Shown here one piece after another: positions 29,495 to 42,689 of a stretch of DNA of 64,000 bases. The notes under the pieces were generated by a model that saw only the letters and a list, made by a program, of their open reading frames with translations, was not told the DNA's origin and ran no database searches. The first letter of the stretch is position 1, and every line of letters starts with the position of its first letter. The DNA comes from Mobula hypostoma (taxonomy: Eukaryota): contig NC_086109.1 of assembly GCF_963921235.1 (NCBI RefSeq), positions 35,714,001-35,778,000 of the forward strand. Direction: 5' to 3'. The translations under genes and the position numbers were made by a program.

Positions 29495-30065
29495 GATACT
29501 TCAAAGTAAATTTTATTATCAACGTACATATATATCACCATATACAACTCTGAGATTCACTTTCTTGTGGGAATACTCAATAAATCTATAGAATAATAAC
29601 CATAACAGAATCAATGAAAGACCACACAACTAGAGTGGCTAACCACAGTGCAGAAGACAAAAAATGTGCAAACGTATAAAGAAGGAATAATAATAATAAA
29701 TTAAGAAGCAATAAATATCGAGAACATGAGATGAAGGGTCCTTAAAAGTGAGTCCATTGGTTGTGGGAACATCTCAATTATGGGACAAGAGAAGTTGAGT
29801 GAAGTTATTTCCTTTGGTTCAAGAGCCTGATGGTTGAGAGTTCCTAAACTTGGTGGTGTGAGTCCCTGATGATAGACGCTGCTTTCCTGCAACAGCATTT
29901 CATGTAGATGTCCTCAATAGTTGGAAGGGTTTTACCCATAATGGGATGGGCCGTATCCACTACTTTTTGTAGGATTTTTTGGTTCCATACAAAGCTGTGA
30001 TGCAGGCAGTCAATATACTCTCTGCTACACATCTATAGAAGTTTGTCAGAGTTTTAGATCTCACA
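29495..30065 (-). mobile_element. Rex1/Babar LINE 3' fragment
   Basis: Motifs TLTNFYRCVAESILTACITALYG and KAASIIRD. Confidence 0.85.
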
Positions 30066-30154
30066 CACAGTATATCGGGTTGCAAGTGAATTGTGCAAAA
30101 ATCTTTGGCTTTTTCAGCCTTGGCCACTTTTAATATAATTATCAATAACCACTA

Positions 30155-30480
30155 GAAACACACACAAAATGCTGGAGGAACTCAGCAGGTCATGCAACAA
30201 CTATGAAAATGAATAAACAGTCGAGGTTTCAGGTCAAGACCATTCATCAGGATGGAAAAGGATGGGGAAAGACACCAAAATGAAAAGGTAGGCGGTGGGA
30301 GGGGAAGGAGGGCAAGCTAGAAGATGATAGGTCAAACCATGTGGGCAGGAAAGGTTAGGGGCTGGAGAAGAAGAAATCTGATAGGAGAGGAGAGTGCGCC
30401 ACGGGAGAAAAGGAAGAAGGTAGGGACCAGGGGACGGTGATAGGCAAGTGAGGTGAAGAAGTAAAAGGTCAGAGTGAGTT
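30155..30480 (-). mobile_element. Penelope-like 3' fragment
   Basis: Reverse complement contains ctgatgaatggtcttgacctgaaacctcgactgt followed by gctgagttcctccagcattttgtgtgtg. Confidence 0.8.
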
Positions 30481-31109
30481 ATCAGATATCAGTAACCCAA
30501 TCCATGTTGAGTTTAGGGAATTGTAGCTGCAAATATTGGAAATTCATTCAACAGTTCTCAGTGTAAACTAGCTAATGTGATCAGTAAGTGCAGTGATCAA
30601 TATGGCCAATGGTTGTCAATGTGAAAATGTTTGACATTTTTCTGCAAAGATTTTGTATGATGCCATAATCCTGTAGTTAAAGGTGACTGGAAATGCAGAG
30701 AAAATTATATCAAGCAAACCAAATGAATGTGTCTTGGAAGAGACCTAGATTTGGGTTTGTTAAATACAAACCTAAGAAAAAATGCTGCCGGGCTTCTCTG
30801 AAATGAAGAGATGAAGTTGTTTGGTTCCAAAGGAAAACTTTTCTTGAGAAAATGGATACTACTAGAGCTGACTCCCTGGTCAGCTGTACTGTACTTGAAT
30901 ATTTTCATGTCAGTGTGTTGTATTGTGAAACTACTTCTCATGAAGTCAATGGAATGAGTCTGAGACAGAAACAAGATATTCATAAAACTATACAGATCAT
31001 TTTGCATATTAACCAGGATTGTAATTGTGGACAATAATCTGATGATTTTTATGCTTTGTCAAAAAACTAATTCTGTGTGATTTCCTGTTATGATGTTATG
31101 TTTGGTCAT

Positions 31110-31410
31110 AGGGCGGCATGGTAACGTAGTGGTTAGCACAATGCTTTACAGCACAGGCGATTGGGGTTCAATTCCTGCTGCTGCCTGTAAGGAATTTATA
31201 CATTCTCCCCGTGACTGTGTGGGTTTTCTTTGGGTGCTTCAGTTTCATTCCACAATCCATAAGATGTATTGGTCGGTAGGTATACTGATCTTTGTAAGTT
31301 GTCCTGTGTTTAGGCTAGGATGAAATAGGGGGATTGCTGGGCGGCGTGGCTTGGAGGGCCAGAAGGGCCTATTCCACACTGTATCTCAATAAACAAATTA
31401 AAGAAATAAA
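31110..31410 (+). mobile_element. tRNA-derived SINE with a CR1-like tail
   Basis: A-box-like tggtaacgtagtgg, B-box ggttcaattcc, and 3' gaagggcctattccacactgtatctcaataaa. Confidence 0.85.
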
Positions 31411-31894
31411 TAATGACATAATAGGGCTATTTAGCAGAGTTGTATTTGTTATGTTTCAAAATAGTACCTTCAGATAATTGTTTGGCATTTTAGCATCTAT
31501 GAACAAGTTTGATGAGTATTGCCTTCAACTCATTCACATCACGCAGATGCTTCAGGCTAGCCCAATATTTATTGCTCAGATCTGAAAGCCATTGGCCTAA
31601 TTAGATCGCTGGGTCACTTCAGAAAGCATTTAAGAATCATTTCTTTGAGCTGGTTGTCGTGTTTAAACCAGACAAAATAAGTAGGGTAGAATCAAAACGT
31701 TATTGAGAGATAGAGCATGGACACCGTCCCCTTGCCCCACTATATCCAGGCTAGCAGGTAACCATTTTCACTTATCCTACAATTAATCCATATTTTATTC
31801 TCCCTGTATTCTCATCAATTTCACCAAGATTCTACCATTCATCTGCACGCTACAGACAATTTACAGTGGCCAAATAACCTACCAATCTACAATT

Positions 31895-32205
31895 GTTTTT
31901 GAAAGTGTGCACATGAAGAGGATGTTTCCAATAATGGGAGAGGACACAACCTCAGAAAAAGAAGGGTGTCCCTTTAGAACAGAGGTGAGGAGGGTGGTGA
32001 ATCTGTGGAATTTATTGCCACTGTCAGCTGTGGAGGTTGAAATATTGGGGACATTTAAAGCAGTGGTTGATAGAGTGTCAAAAGTTATGGGGAGAAGGCA
32101 AGGAAATAGGGTTGAGAGAGAAAATAAATCAGCCATGATTGAATGGTGGAACAGACACAATGGGCTAAATGGCCCATCTACTCCTTTGTTTCATGGTCTT
32201 TTATG
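31895..32205 (+). mobile_element. CR1 3' fragment inserted into a minus-strand SINE remnant (about 31700-32275)
   Basis: Translation RMFPIMGE...FRTEVRRVVNLWNLLP plus a 3' UTR. Confidence 0.75.
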
Positions 32206-32797
32206 TGAGGAAGCCAGAGCAACCAGAGGAAATCCATGCAGTCAAAGGGAGAACATGCAAATTCTACACAGATGAATGTCTTTCTCTGAAGGCATCAATG
32301 AGCAAAATGAGATTTTACAACAATTCATTAGATTTATTATTGATGTTTTAATTACTTGATTTTAATTCCCCAGCAGCCTGCTGTTAGTCCAACTTCTGGT
32401 TCTAGATTAATATCCTGGTCACTATACAAGATATTAGGTAGAAGCATATTGGAATTGTGAATAGAATGAATTATTTTCTTAAAATGAAGGCTGGGTGAGA
32501 GGAAAAAAATGTTGCCTCCAGCTATTTTAGTTTCACAATCCTTGGAACAGTCAAAGACTGGGAGCACACACTATAAATTAAAATCTGAAAAAAAAAACAA
32601 GAATAAAATTAGTGAAGAACAGGATGATATTAAAAGATAATGCCCATGGAAGATTCTACACAGAACATCACCAATCATGCCTCTATATAACTAACATTCC
32701 AGCCTGTGCTGGTGCTTAAGAATCACTGAGGATGAAAAAATGTGTCTTAGTGTGAAACCGATATACGGAAGATTTAAAGTAGAGAGTAAAAACTTTG

Positions 32798-33248
32798 AAG
32801 TGTAACCAGCAACAATTACTAAATAATCTATTTGTCTTTACAGTGACACAAAATTCAGTTAGCATTGGCAACTACAGCGAGGTTTGTTGTTGATTTCTCA
32901 AAAAAAAGAGTAGTATTTCCTGATGAATTATTCTGCCAACTTAAATGAAAATGAATAAACCCCGTTGAACCAAGCAATCATTCCTTAAAGTCAAATAATA
33001 GGTACTGTGGATTAAGCTACCATTTTTGTTCTTCTAAAAATATGTGTTTCCTTCCTGATCAGTTCTCATTGATATATATTTAATTTTGACTTACAATCTA
33101 TTGCTATGAATAAAACATGTATTAAAACAAACTAGGAGTCCTAAGCACATTACATTGTTACAAAACTGAAATATATTATTCAAACGGTTCATCAGGCGAG
33201 GTTCTTCAGTCATGTGTGGTTAGCTGAGATCCTTTCTAAAAAGGTTCT
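32798..33248. repeat. Donor copy of a 451-bp inverted duplication (partner 24800-25251)
   Basis: Reverse-complement match; AT-rich DNA with no recognisable transposon motifs. Confidence 0.97.
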
Positions 33249-33344
33249 GTAACAATGTTTAAGTTGTAGTTATGTATGAGTTTTAATTAAGTGGTTAACC
33301 TCTTAGTGCATTAAGTTTATAAGAAATCCTCAGGCTATACATTG

Positions 33345-34630
33345 CACATAGAACAGGAACAGGCCCTTTGGTCCATCACGTTGTCATCAACCGTGACGTT
33401 TATTTAGCTACTCCTACTTGCCAGCATGTGGTCTGTATTCCTCACTTGCTTGCCTACTCATGTATCTGTCTCAACGCTACTTTATCATTGTTATTGTTTC
33501 TGTTTCTAGCACCTCTCGTAGCAGTGCATTTGAGGCACCTATCATTCCCTGTGTAAAAAAAAGTTTGCCTTGCACCCCTCCTTTAAATATCCTCCTCTCA
33601 CCTTAGAGCTGTGCTACACGTTTCAGAGTCTGATATTTGTTGATTCCATCCCAAGAAAGAAGACTCTGGCTGTCTACCTTATGTATTCCTCTCATGACTG
33701 TGCCAGCTTCAATCAGCTTGTCTTCAGAATCTGACACTCAGAGAAAACAATCCAAGCTTATCCAATCTCTCCTTGTAGCACATGCACTCCAGTCCAGGAA
33801 GCTTCTGGATGTACCTTTTCCATGCCCTCTTGCAAGGTTTCGCATCCTTTCTTTAGTGTGATGACCATTACTGTATGCAGTACTTCAAATGTGGCCTAAT
33901 CAATATTTATGCAGGTGCAGCATGACTTCCCAATTTATAAAGTATATTCAATCATCATCATCAGTTGCCATGCCCAGTTTGAGCTTTGACTGCCATGGCC
34001 CACACACTTCTGTTTCGGGTGAAGTGGATCAATTCATTGGTATTCATTTCCAGTTCTCTGGCTGCTGTCTCCATCATCATTTATCTTTGTCTTCCTCTTG
34101 CTTTCTTCCCTTCAATCCTTTCCATAATTACCGTGCATTCTAACTCCACTTTTCTAATCATATGTCCATTGAAGTTGCGTTGCCTTTTCATGATCACATA
34201 CATTATTTCTCTTTTTGTCTTTGCTCTGTTCATGACATCCTCGTTAGGTATTCGTTTTGTCCATGATATTCTTTGCATCCTCTTCAAAAACCACATCTCT
34301 GCTGCTACAACTTGTTTCCTCATGTTACTAGATATTGTCCAATGTTCTGAGCCATATAACATAACTGGATAAACATAACATTTCAGTACTCGGAGGTGGG
34401 TTGTCATGCCTAGTTTAGTATTGGTCAGTATACTCCTCATTCTGGTAAAGGAGCCTTTTGCCATCCCTATTCTTCTTTTGACGTCCATGTCACACCAATA
34501 TAAGGTATATTCAATACCTTACTCATAAAGACAAACATGCTGTATGCCTTTTTTACTGCCTTATCTACTTGTGTTGCCACTTTCATCGCACTATGAACCT
34601 ACTGTGCATCCTAAGATCCCCTCTGCACAT
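33345..34630 (-). mobile_element. Old CR1 3' fragment interrupted by an RTE
   Basis: Starts catagaacaggaacaggcccttt (reverse of the CR1 tail); RT C-terminal remnants lie on both sides of the RTE. Confidence 0.7.
33953..34498 (-). mobile_element. RTE-clade LINE 3' fragment
   Basis: Motifs DVKRRIGMAK, MLYGSEHWT and IEGKKARGRQR; (gat)n tail; TSD tataa(a/g)gtatattcaat at 33936-33952 and 34499-34515. Confidence 0.92.
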
Positions 34631-35894
34631 CAATGTTGCCATGTTTCCTACCAGTTACTGTCCAATTTTTACTTGGAGCACCATTTGATGGTCATTGTAT
34701 TAATATTAGTACAAAACACAATCCAGTTTGTTCCTGGGTGGTTTACAAAGTAAGCAGGAAGGAAAAAAAAATACTGCATATTGAAAAAGAAAACAGAAAA
34801 CGCCAACAACAGTCAGAAGCTTGGTCAGTATCAGGAGGGAAATAACATTGACAACTTTTCTGTTTGATGACCTTTCATTATAACTACAAAGGGGGAGAAA
34901 ACAAATATGTTTTTAGGGCAGTGGAAGGTGACAGAAGAAAGGGAATATCTGTGATAGAAGGAAAACAAAGAAACACTGACAGATACAGGGTGGTGTTGGT
35001 GCTGGCTGACAGAGAGTGCTGAATGTTTGCTCGTGGCATCTGGCATGTTTGAAAACTGTGTAAGTAGAGAGATATGAATGACATTAGAGGAGAGAGAGGA
35101 AACATATCAAATTGTGAGATGCTCGAAATAATGATTAAATTTAAAAATGCCAATAATTCAGGGAAATCTGTGGAACAAGGAAATTGAGTTAAAGCTGTTC
35201 AAACACAAATTTAAATAGCAATGATCATTATCCTCAACTTGTGGTTCACTGATCAGTAGACTGAAGATAAGCAGGAAAGAAAATATAGTAACACATTTAC
35301 GCAACGGGTCTGAATACTTTGCAATATTTTATGGTGTCAGAAATAGGGAGTGAAAACAGATCTGCAGACAGGAGCTTAAAAACAGGTGACCTTCATGTTT
35401 GGAGGGAGAATAGAAGGTTGGTGGGATTTGGAGAGAGTTTGAATTCCTAGAAAATGGCCTAACACAATTTTCAACAATGCAAAGCACATTATCTGCACAT
35501 GCATCAACAACTGAGCTGAATAGTAATTGTTCATTTATTTATATTTTTGCACAAATGCAATAAGAGCATATTTTTCTTCAGCATCCAAGATTTTTGAATT
35601 GAGTAAGGGTAAATTTCCCTTACAGGAACATGGATAAACAGGGGTTCACCTGTAATTATCCTTGATGTGAAGATAGCATTTGACCTATCATGACAGCTCA
35701 GAGCCCTGGTACAACTGATGTCCATAGATATCAAGGGGAAAATATTGCAGAGGTTATATTCCCACTTTCCAGAAAGGAAGGTAACTGTGGTTATTAGAGC
35801 TCAATTATTCCTGCTATAGGATATCACAACCGGAGTTTTTTTGGGGCAGGATCTGACACTTCACCATCTTTGGCTGCCTCATTGATGATTTACA

Positions 35895-36135
35895 CAATAG
35901 ACACAAAAGATTCTGCAGAGGCTGAAAACCTGAGCAATGCACACAAAGTGCTGGAACAGCCCAACAGGTCAGGTAGCATCTACACAGGGAAGTAAAGAGT
36001 CAACGTTTAAGGCCAAGAACTTTCATAAGAAATGGTGAGTCCTGATGAAGGGTCGTAGCCCAAAACGTTGACTGTTTTTTCTCTCACCAAGCTGCTACCT
36101 GACCCATTTGTTCTTCCAGCATTTTGTGTGTTTAA
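35895..36135. mobile_element. Head-to-head hairpin of two Penelope-like 3' ends
   Basis: Left arm acacaaagtgctggaa...gagtcaacgttt is the reverse complement of right arm aaacgttgactg...ttccagcattttgtgt. Confidence 0.8.
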
Positions 36136-36294
36136 TCAATAATGACTTTCATCTTCTTCTTGGGTCCCTAGCTCCCAGTGGAGCATCGGCCATTGATCAC
36201 TTCCTGTCTCCGTCATCCAAAGTCAATGGTATGGTTGGAGTTTATCAATGATTCTGTAATCTATTGTATGCTCTGTACAAGGGATTAGCCTATA

Positions 36295-37042
36295 CAGTTG
36301 GCCCTCCTTATTCGCGAGTTCTGCATGCACGAATTCAACCAACTGTGAATCGGGAAAACCCGGAAGTTCTCTCTCCAGTACTCGTTGTTCGAGCACTGTT
36401 TGCCTCGTGTCTCGTTCATTCGCTACTTTGTTTCTGTGAAAAAATGGTTCCTAAAAAGCAATTACTTGGTCAAAGCAGTTCCTCAAAGGCTAAGAGGGAG
36501 CGTGAAGTGCTATCTCTTGCTGAGAAATTAGAAATATTAGATCTTTTGAAAAGTGGCGTGTCGCATTCCAAAGTGAGCCATAAGGTCGGTAAGAACGAAT
36601 CAAACATTTGCACAATAAAGCAGAAAGAAGCTGAAATTCGTGGAAGTGCTAGTGCTAGGGATGGCTGGCTGGCTATGTAAAGCGCTACGGCCTCAAGAAC
36701 TTAAAGATCACGGGAGAATCGGAATCGGCTGATGCTGAGGCAGCATCAGTGTTCCTGGAAGAGCTACGATGGTTGCGTCTGTACTGAACATGTGCAGACT
36801 CTTTTTCTCGTCATTATTCCCTAAACAATACAGTGTAACAACTATTTACATAGCATTTACATTGTATTAGGTATTGTAAGTCAACAGAACAGAAACACTG
36901 AGGGCGGCGGGTCCTGTGCTGCCCTGGGTCCTAAAGTCCACCCGCACTGAGACAGGTTAAATAAGGGACTTGAGCATCTGCGTTTTTTGGTATCCGCGGG
37001 GGGTCTCGGAACCAATCCCTCGCGGATAGGGAGGGCCGGCTG
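36295..37042 (+). mobile_element. Tigger/pogo DNA transposon deletion derivative (MER2-like)
   Basis: TA TSDs; TIRs cagttggccctccttattcgcg / cgcggatagggagggccggctg; CENP-B-type HTH coding remnant MVPKKQ...VLSLAEKLEILDLLKSG...GKNESNICTIK. Confidence 0.92.
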
Positions 37043-38222
37043 TACAGCTTCACCAGAGCCCTGTTGGCTGACCTTACCCATGTCTACCTTTTACAAAGGG
37101 GATGTAGGGTTGAACTTTGTGAGGCATTAATCACTTTGCTTCCTTCTAAATGTCAAAAGTGAAAATGCTCATCACAGATTACACAGTGTTCAATTACGAC
37201 TGCAGAAAGATTTACATAATTTGATGATGTCTAAATAATGATTTGAAAATATTTTACTTTCCTTCCTAATTGCCAGGACTAATTCTGGAACTCTCAATCC
37301 ACTATTGTACACTGATAAGACTGTGACTATTCCGTAAGTTGGCCACCACATTCTTAAGAATAAGGAGGGATGTGTAATAAATGATGGGTTTGCCAGTGAT
37401 ATCATTATCATGAATATTGACAAAAAATATTTTTAAAATGCATATAGCTAAGACAAGGGTCTTTAAATTGTTCATAATATCTCTCAACACACTCTTACCA
37501 ATAAATACATAATCTCAGTGGATCATTGATAACAGCTTTCTTGAAGAAGCTGCTCAAGTCACAATGACAGGGTTGTGAGTCTGACACAAGTAAGCCATGC
37601 TCTAATACTGAAGCAGCTCTAATATGTCAGAGTATTTGTGAAAATCTGGACACCGTTTCAGTGGGCAGATTTCTCAAAGGTCTACTGGGAAACTGCAATG
37701 ATTTGGGTTCCATTGCTGAAGTCAGCGAGGAGCCATGTGTTGGATTGCAATGGGATTTGATGGCAGTGGTCAAAAGCAGTAGTTCAGCACTTTTATGTTC
37801 AAGCATGCTTGAATGAGAGTCCAAAACATCAACACAGTTCCAGAATTAAATGCTGGCACTAACACAGAGAACAGTTTGCATTTCAGCAGAAATGTTGAAC
37901 TGTTACATTTGTGCACTTTTGTGGCTCAAAACCTTAAAGCAATTGGCACGAAAGGGCTTTCCAGATCACTAAGTTCCTTTTCTTATGAGTAGTTGAGATT
38001 CTCTTTAAACTGGAAAGGTGACTCAGTTACTTGCAGCTTCCACACTGATGTTTCCTCTAAAGCTTTTGTTAATAATAAAGTTCAATTATTACAATCGACT
38101 TTAGAAATGAAAAGAATGCATTATTAGAAATATACAGGAGAAGTATTATTACTTTGGCCTACCTCATGAATTTGTCTTGAATGGTTTACAAGTATAACTA
38201 TTTATTCTCTGATTATCTGCAG

Positions 38223-38362
38223 GAAGCGCAGGAATCCCTGTGACCTTTAATGAAAATGGAGATGCTCCTGGACGTTACGATATTTATCAGTACCAAATCA
38301 AGGACAATTTCACACGTACCTATTCAGTCATTGGACAGTGGGTGAATAAACTTCATTTAAAC
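38223..38362 (+). CDS. GRM8: Internal coding exon (140 bp) of a group III metabotropic glutamate receptor, GRM8-like; end of the Venus-flytrap domain
   Basis: Acceptor ttctctgattatctgcAG ends at 38222 and donor GTaagc starts at 38363. Translation with a phase-1 start is (G)[46 protein letters not shown], which contains the group III mGluR signature [13 protein letters not shown] and an NFT sequon. The paralog assignment (GRM8 versus GRM4/6/7) is tentative. Confidence 0.92.
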
Positions 38363-40479
38363 GTAAGCAACATGTCAGATTTTTATAATTTTCTTTTAAG
38401 AAGTTTGCAGTTTTTACATGGAATGTGCGAATTGTGTATGGTTTTTGAAGCACTCTTGGTGCACTGATTCTTGCCAGTCCATTGGTAGTGCTATAATGGA
38501 GTATCTAGTCAAAGAATATCACTACCCCCCATCGTCTGGGGCAGTACTGCTCTCTGTAACTAAAATGGAGTCTAACCCAAACATTTGAACACAAGAAAGT
38601 TGTAGAAGCATTTGAATGTAATGGTGTGGAAATGCCACAATAATAAGTGTATAGTTTTTGAGATGAGGTGTTAAGCAGAAACCCTCTATATTCTGGCAAC
38701 TGAATATAAAAGGCTTCAGGACATTATCTCGAAGTTAACGAGGAAGGGTATCCTCGGTAATAGTCCATCCTCACCAACATCATTAAATCAGATGAAATAT
38801 AAACAGAAAACTCTGGTAACACTCTGTAGGTCAGGCAATATTTGTGGAAAGAGAAACATAGTCAACTTTTCCAATTTGTAGACTCTTCATCAAAACCTTC
38901 ATGGAACAGGTACTGACTGATTTGCTGAGTGTTTTGTGCTTTTTGTGCCTTAGTTCAGATTATCAGCACTTGCAGTTGTTTTTCTATTCAACCAAATAAA
39001 CTGGCCTGGCCGTTACCATATTGTTTATAGGAACTTACTATTTTGAAATTGATTGCCACAATTCCAACTCAACAATATTAACCAGATGCCGAAAGTACTT
39101 GTTTGTCTCTAAAATGTTTTGAACCTCTCTGAAAAGGATTTGAAAGGTTCTGTGTATGTCCTTGTTTTCCTTTCTGTTTCAGCTGGTGTTGCACTATGTA
39201 TGCTCATGAAAAGATACTTAACAATAACTGGGTGGCCAGTAGGATTGGTGGGATTTCAGGACCTGCTGTATTTTCAGTTTGCCTTCCATTAATGGTTTCA
39301 GAATGGTGGAGCAAACAAAATGAATTATCAGCTTCTCACACCATTGAATTTTTTAAACAAGGGCAAAATGAAACTGAAATGTTTGAATTAATACTGACCC
39401 AACAGTGTTTTAGAAATTGTGACCTAAATGGTTCCATTTCACCAGTATTTAAACCAACAATTAGTTTTATAGAAGTTATTATTCAATCATTATCAATGCA
39501 TTGTCTCCTTGGCTCGGATGGTACCACTCTTTCCTCTGAATAAAATATTGCAGCTATTACCCTATCTATCCCTTCAGAACCCAGCAACCACCCACAACTT
39601 CTTTACAGTTTGGGATCTGAGTTCATAATCCAAAGTGACATCTTAAGTGCAGTATTTGAGAAACAGCTGACAAAGAATGGCCGTTGTGCTAGTTCTGATT
39701 CAGGCATTATTAGAAGAGCAGGGAGACCCGAAGGTATCTTGTCAAACATTATCCCTCAAATGGGATAGGCAAGGAATGGACTGACTGGTTACCAATTTGT
39801 TTGTATGTTTTTGCTATTGTTGTTATACTCAATTAATTTTAAGTGAGTTTTTTGAAAAATATGATCAGCTACAAATCCAGTAGGTGTGATAATTGTTTTT
39901 GAATGCTGAATTTTAAACTTGCCTGGGAACTACTGCAATATATAGTTCTAAATAGTAACTTCTGATAAAAATCATGGCCACTAAGAAGCAAGTCAAACTT
40001 AATGAAAGATATTTGTCTTTTCATACCATAATTAAAATCGCAGAAGACGAGTCTTTGAATCGTTATAGAAATGAATGTTTGTAGGTCTTCTTTAAAAACA
40101 CACAGAACTAATAGCAACCTTGACATTTTCAACATAATGTGTTTGAAACCTAAGTTCCAAAGGTGCCATTATTGCTGATCACAGTTGAAACAATGAGAAT
40201 ATATTCTTTTAACTAATAATTTATCCATTGTAAAATACCCTGAAAAATGTATATCTATTAAAATGAGGATTTTTTTTATGATGATGCACTAAGCAATAAT
40301 TGCTGATTAGTAAATGTCATGGCCCTCAAAATTGAGATTTTATTCATGCATATTTAAAATTCCCAAAATGGATATTTCAAAGTAAAGTGATTATGTTTTT
40401 CCTATGCATATGTTTCAATTGTTATTTAATACAATGTTATATTTAAAAAGTAGTTTCATATAATCCCATATCCTTAGGT

Positions 40480-41500
40480 TAAAGATGGTGTGCAACCGCC
40501 AGTAGCTTGAAAGCAAAGAAATTCAATAAAAACATTACTGATAACATTTTTTTGAACTAAATTGTGGTAAACTATCACTGCAAATGATGAAGAGGTAAGT
40601 GAAGGCAAAGCGAATTCGAGAGGTGTGCCCTGCTGGTGTGCTGCAAAATCGACGCACTTGGAGTTGGAGCTGTGATGGTTGGAGTGAACGATTTGGAGAG
40701 GAGAAGGTGATGTAGAAGAGTTCTGAGACCCGTCCAACTAACTTGATGCAAGGGTGGATTGCTCTAAGCGCTGAGCCAAAATAGAGAGGTGGAGAACGGT
40801 TTCTTCAGCAGCGAAATCTAGGCTGAAGTGAATCACTGGGTGGCATGTTCTAGGCCCAGAGCGATTTGCCACGGCAGGACGCGGGTCCTAATGTGAGGCA
40901 CAATCTGCTGCTTGGATAACTTAAACGCTGACCATCACGGAAAGGTAGTGTGTTGTGAATTGGGTGACGCTGAATCGTTCTAATCACCAAGCTAATTTGG
41001 AAAGGTCAAGAACAGCTTCTTCGGCAGTAAAATCTAGGCCTGGAGCGATTTGCCGCTATAGGGCCAGATCCTAATGCGAGGTACAGTCCACTGTGTGGAC
41101 AATTTAAATGCCAACCCAAATAGACTGGGGCTCCTCTCTCCACGATGTCAAGGGTGCGAGACCGCTCCTGGCTGCTGTGCTTCGTGTCTGCAAACTTTGC
41201 AGCGACTTGCCTCACTAATATGATGAGCTGAAGCTTTAGGCCTACACTGGACTGTTCCAGGGATTTGGATGTAAGGAGCAAATGGTTTGGAATGCTGTTG
41301 CTACTCACTTTGATTATTTGCATGATTTGTGTTTTTTTTCCCTCCTTCTCTGTGTGCATTGGGGGTTGGTCTTTACCTTTTTTTAAATCAGGTTCTTTCG
41401 GGTTTCTTGTTTTGCGTCTGCCTGTAAGCGAATAAATCTCAAAGTTGTATAATTTATACAATCTTTGATAATAAATGTATTTTGAATCTTTGAATCCTTG
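40480..41500 (+). mobile_element. Non-autonomous retroelement with a Rex1-like 3' end
   Basis: 5' aagatgg; internal diverged duplication; the 3' end atctcaaagttgtata...tgataataaa...tttgaatctttgaatc resembles the tail of the Rex1 copy at 29495. Confidence 0.6.
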
Positions 41501-42689
41501 TATGAACAGGCCCTAATTTGTTTGGTATGTTAGAAGATCTGATGCAGGGTTTTACCCCAAATTATCAACAATTCCTTCACCCCAACAGATGCTTCTCAAA
41601 CCTCAGATTTCCTCCAACAAGATGCTTCTGTTTCTGATTTCCAAGTTTAACTGTACAAGTGTGATCACTGGAAGATCCAGATTATTTCTTAGCATCAAAC
41701 TGTCCAATAGCCTCACTATTATTCCTCTCTGAATTCAGGTTGCATTTCCTCATGTTTTGCACTATGGTGAAACACTTGAGAGGCCAGAGTTGATTCTATC
41801 TTCTTGCAGAACAGTGCAATTAAATTCAAAATGTGAAGCTGCTGTGTGGCTTGACAAGGATACATTTATAATGTACTGTATAGAGAAAGAGATAGCTGGT
41901 CCTTTGGGTCAAGTAACATTTGCTAGTTGATTTGTTGGTGGCTGCTTTATTTTCTGTTTAAATACCAGTGGTGACCCATTATCTGTGACATTATCTTCCC
42001 CCTTCAATCACCAGACTTGACTAATCTGCAGGTATGCCTTTCCCAGTACTGCTACATGTCACTGTGCTTCGAGCGCAGAGATGAAAACTACTGTGATCAC
42101 ACAGATCATGACATTTTACTTTGGAATTTACTCTGTCATCACAATTGTAACTTGTAATGCTCATCAGCTTGTGCTTTTGAACCAGGGTGGCTCTGCCTTC
42201 CATCGACTCGAATATCTAACTACTTGAGTGATTACCTGTTGAGGATATGTGGCATTTTCTACCCTGATATCACACAGATAAAAGCCATTTGAGATTATAT
42301 CCTAACATTCAAAGAAGGGTAGGTTAACCAGGTTACAAGGAATCATTCCAATGTGTCAGCCATTTATAAGAGAAGTATACTGTGGATGATCATTCTCAAA
42401 TTTTGAAGGTTAAATTCAAAGGTCCAATTTAATGTCAGAGAAATGTATACAATATACATCCTGAAATGCTTTTTCTTTGCAAACATCCACAAAACCAGAA
42501 AAGTGCCCCAAAGAATGAATGACAGTTAAATGTAAGAACCCCAAAGTGCCCCCCAAGCTCCCTCCCTCCCACACGTCACATTATAATTCTTGCATTTAAA
42601 AGCCCACAGATCCACAACTCTGATTTTAATATAACTTCAGGTGATTGTTTCTTTATCTGTAGTTTATCTTGGACAGACTTTCTTTTCTG

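Noticed and set aside
38240..38467. 75-aa ORF as a complete gene
   Set aside because: Similarity to mGluR begins upstream at the AG acceptor and stops at the GT donor (38363); the remainder is intron read-through.
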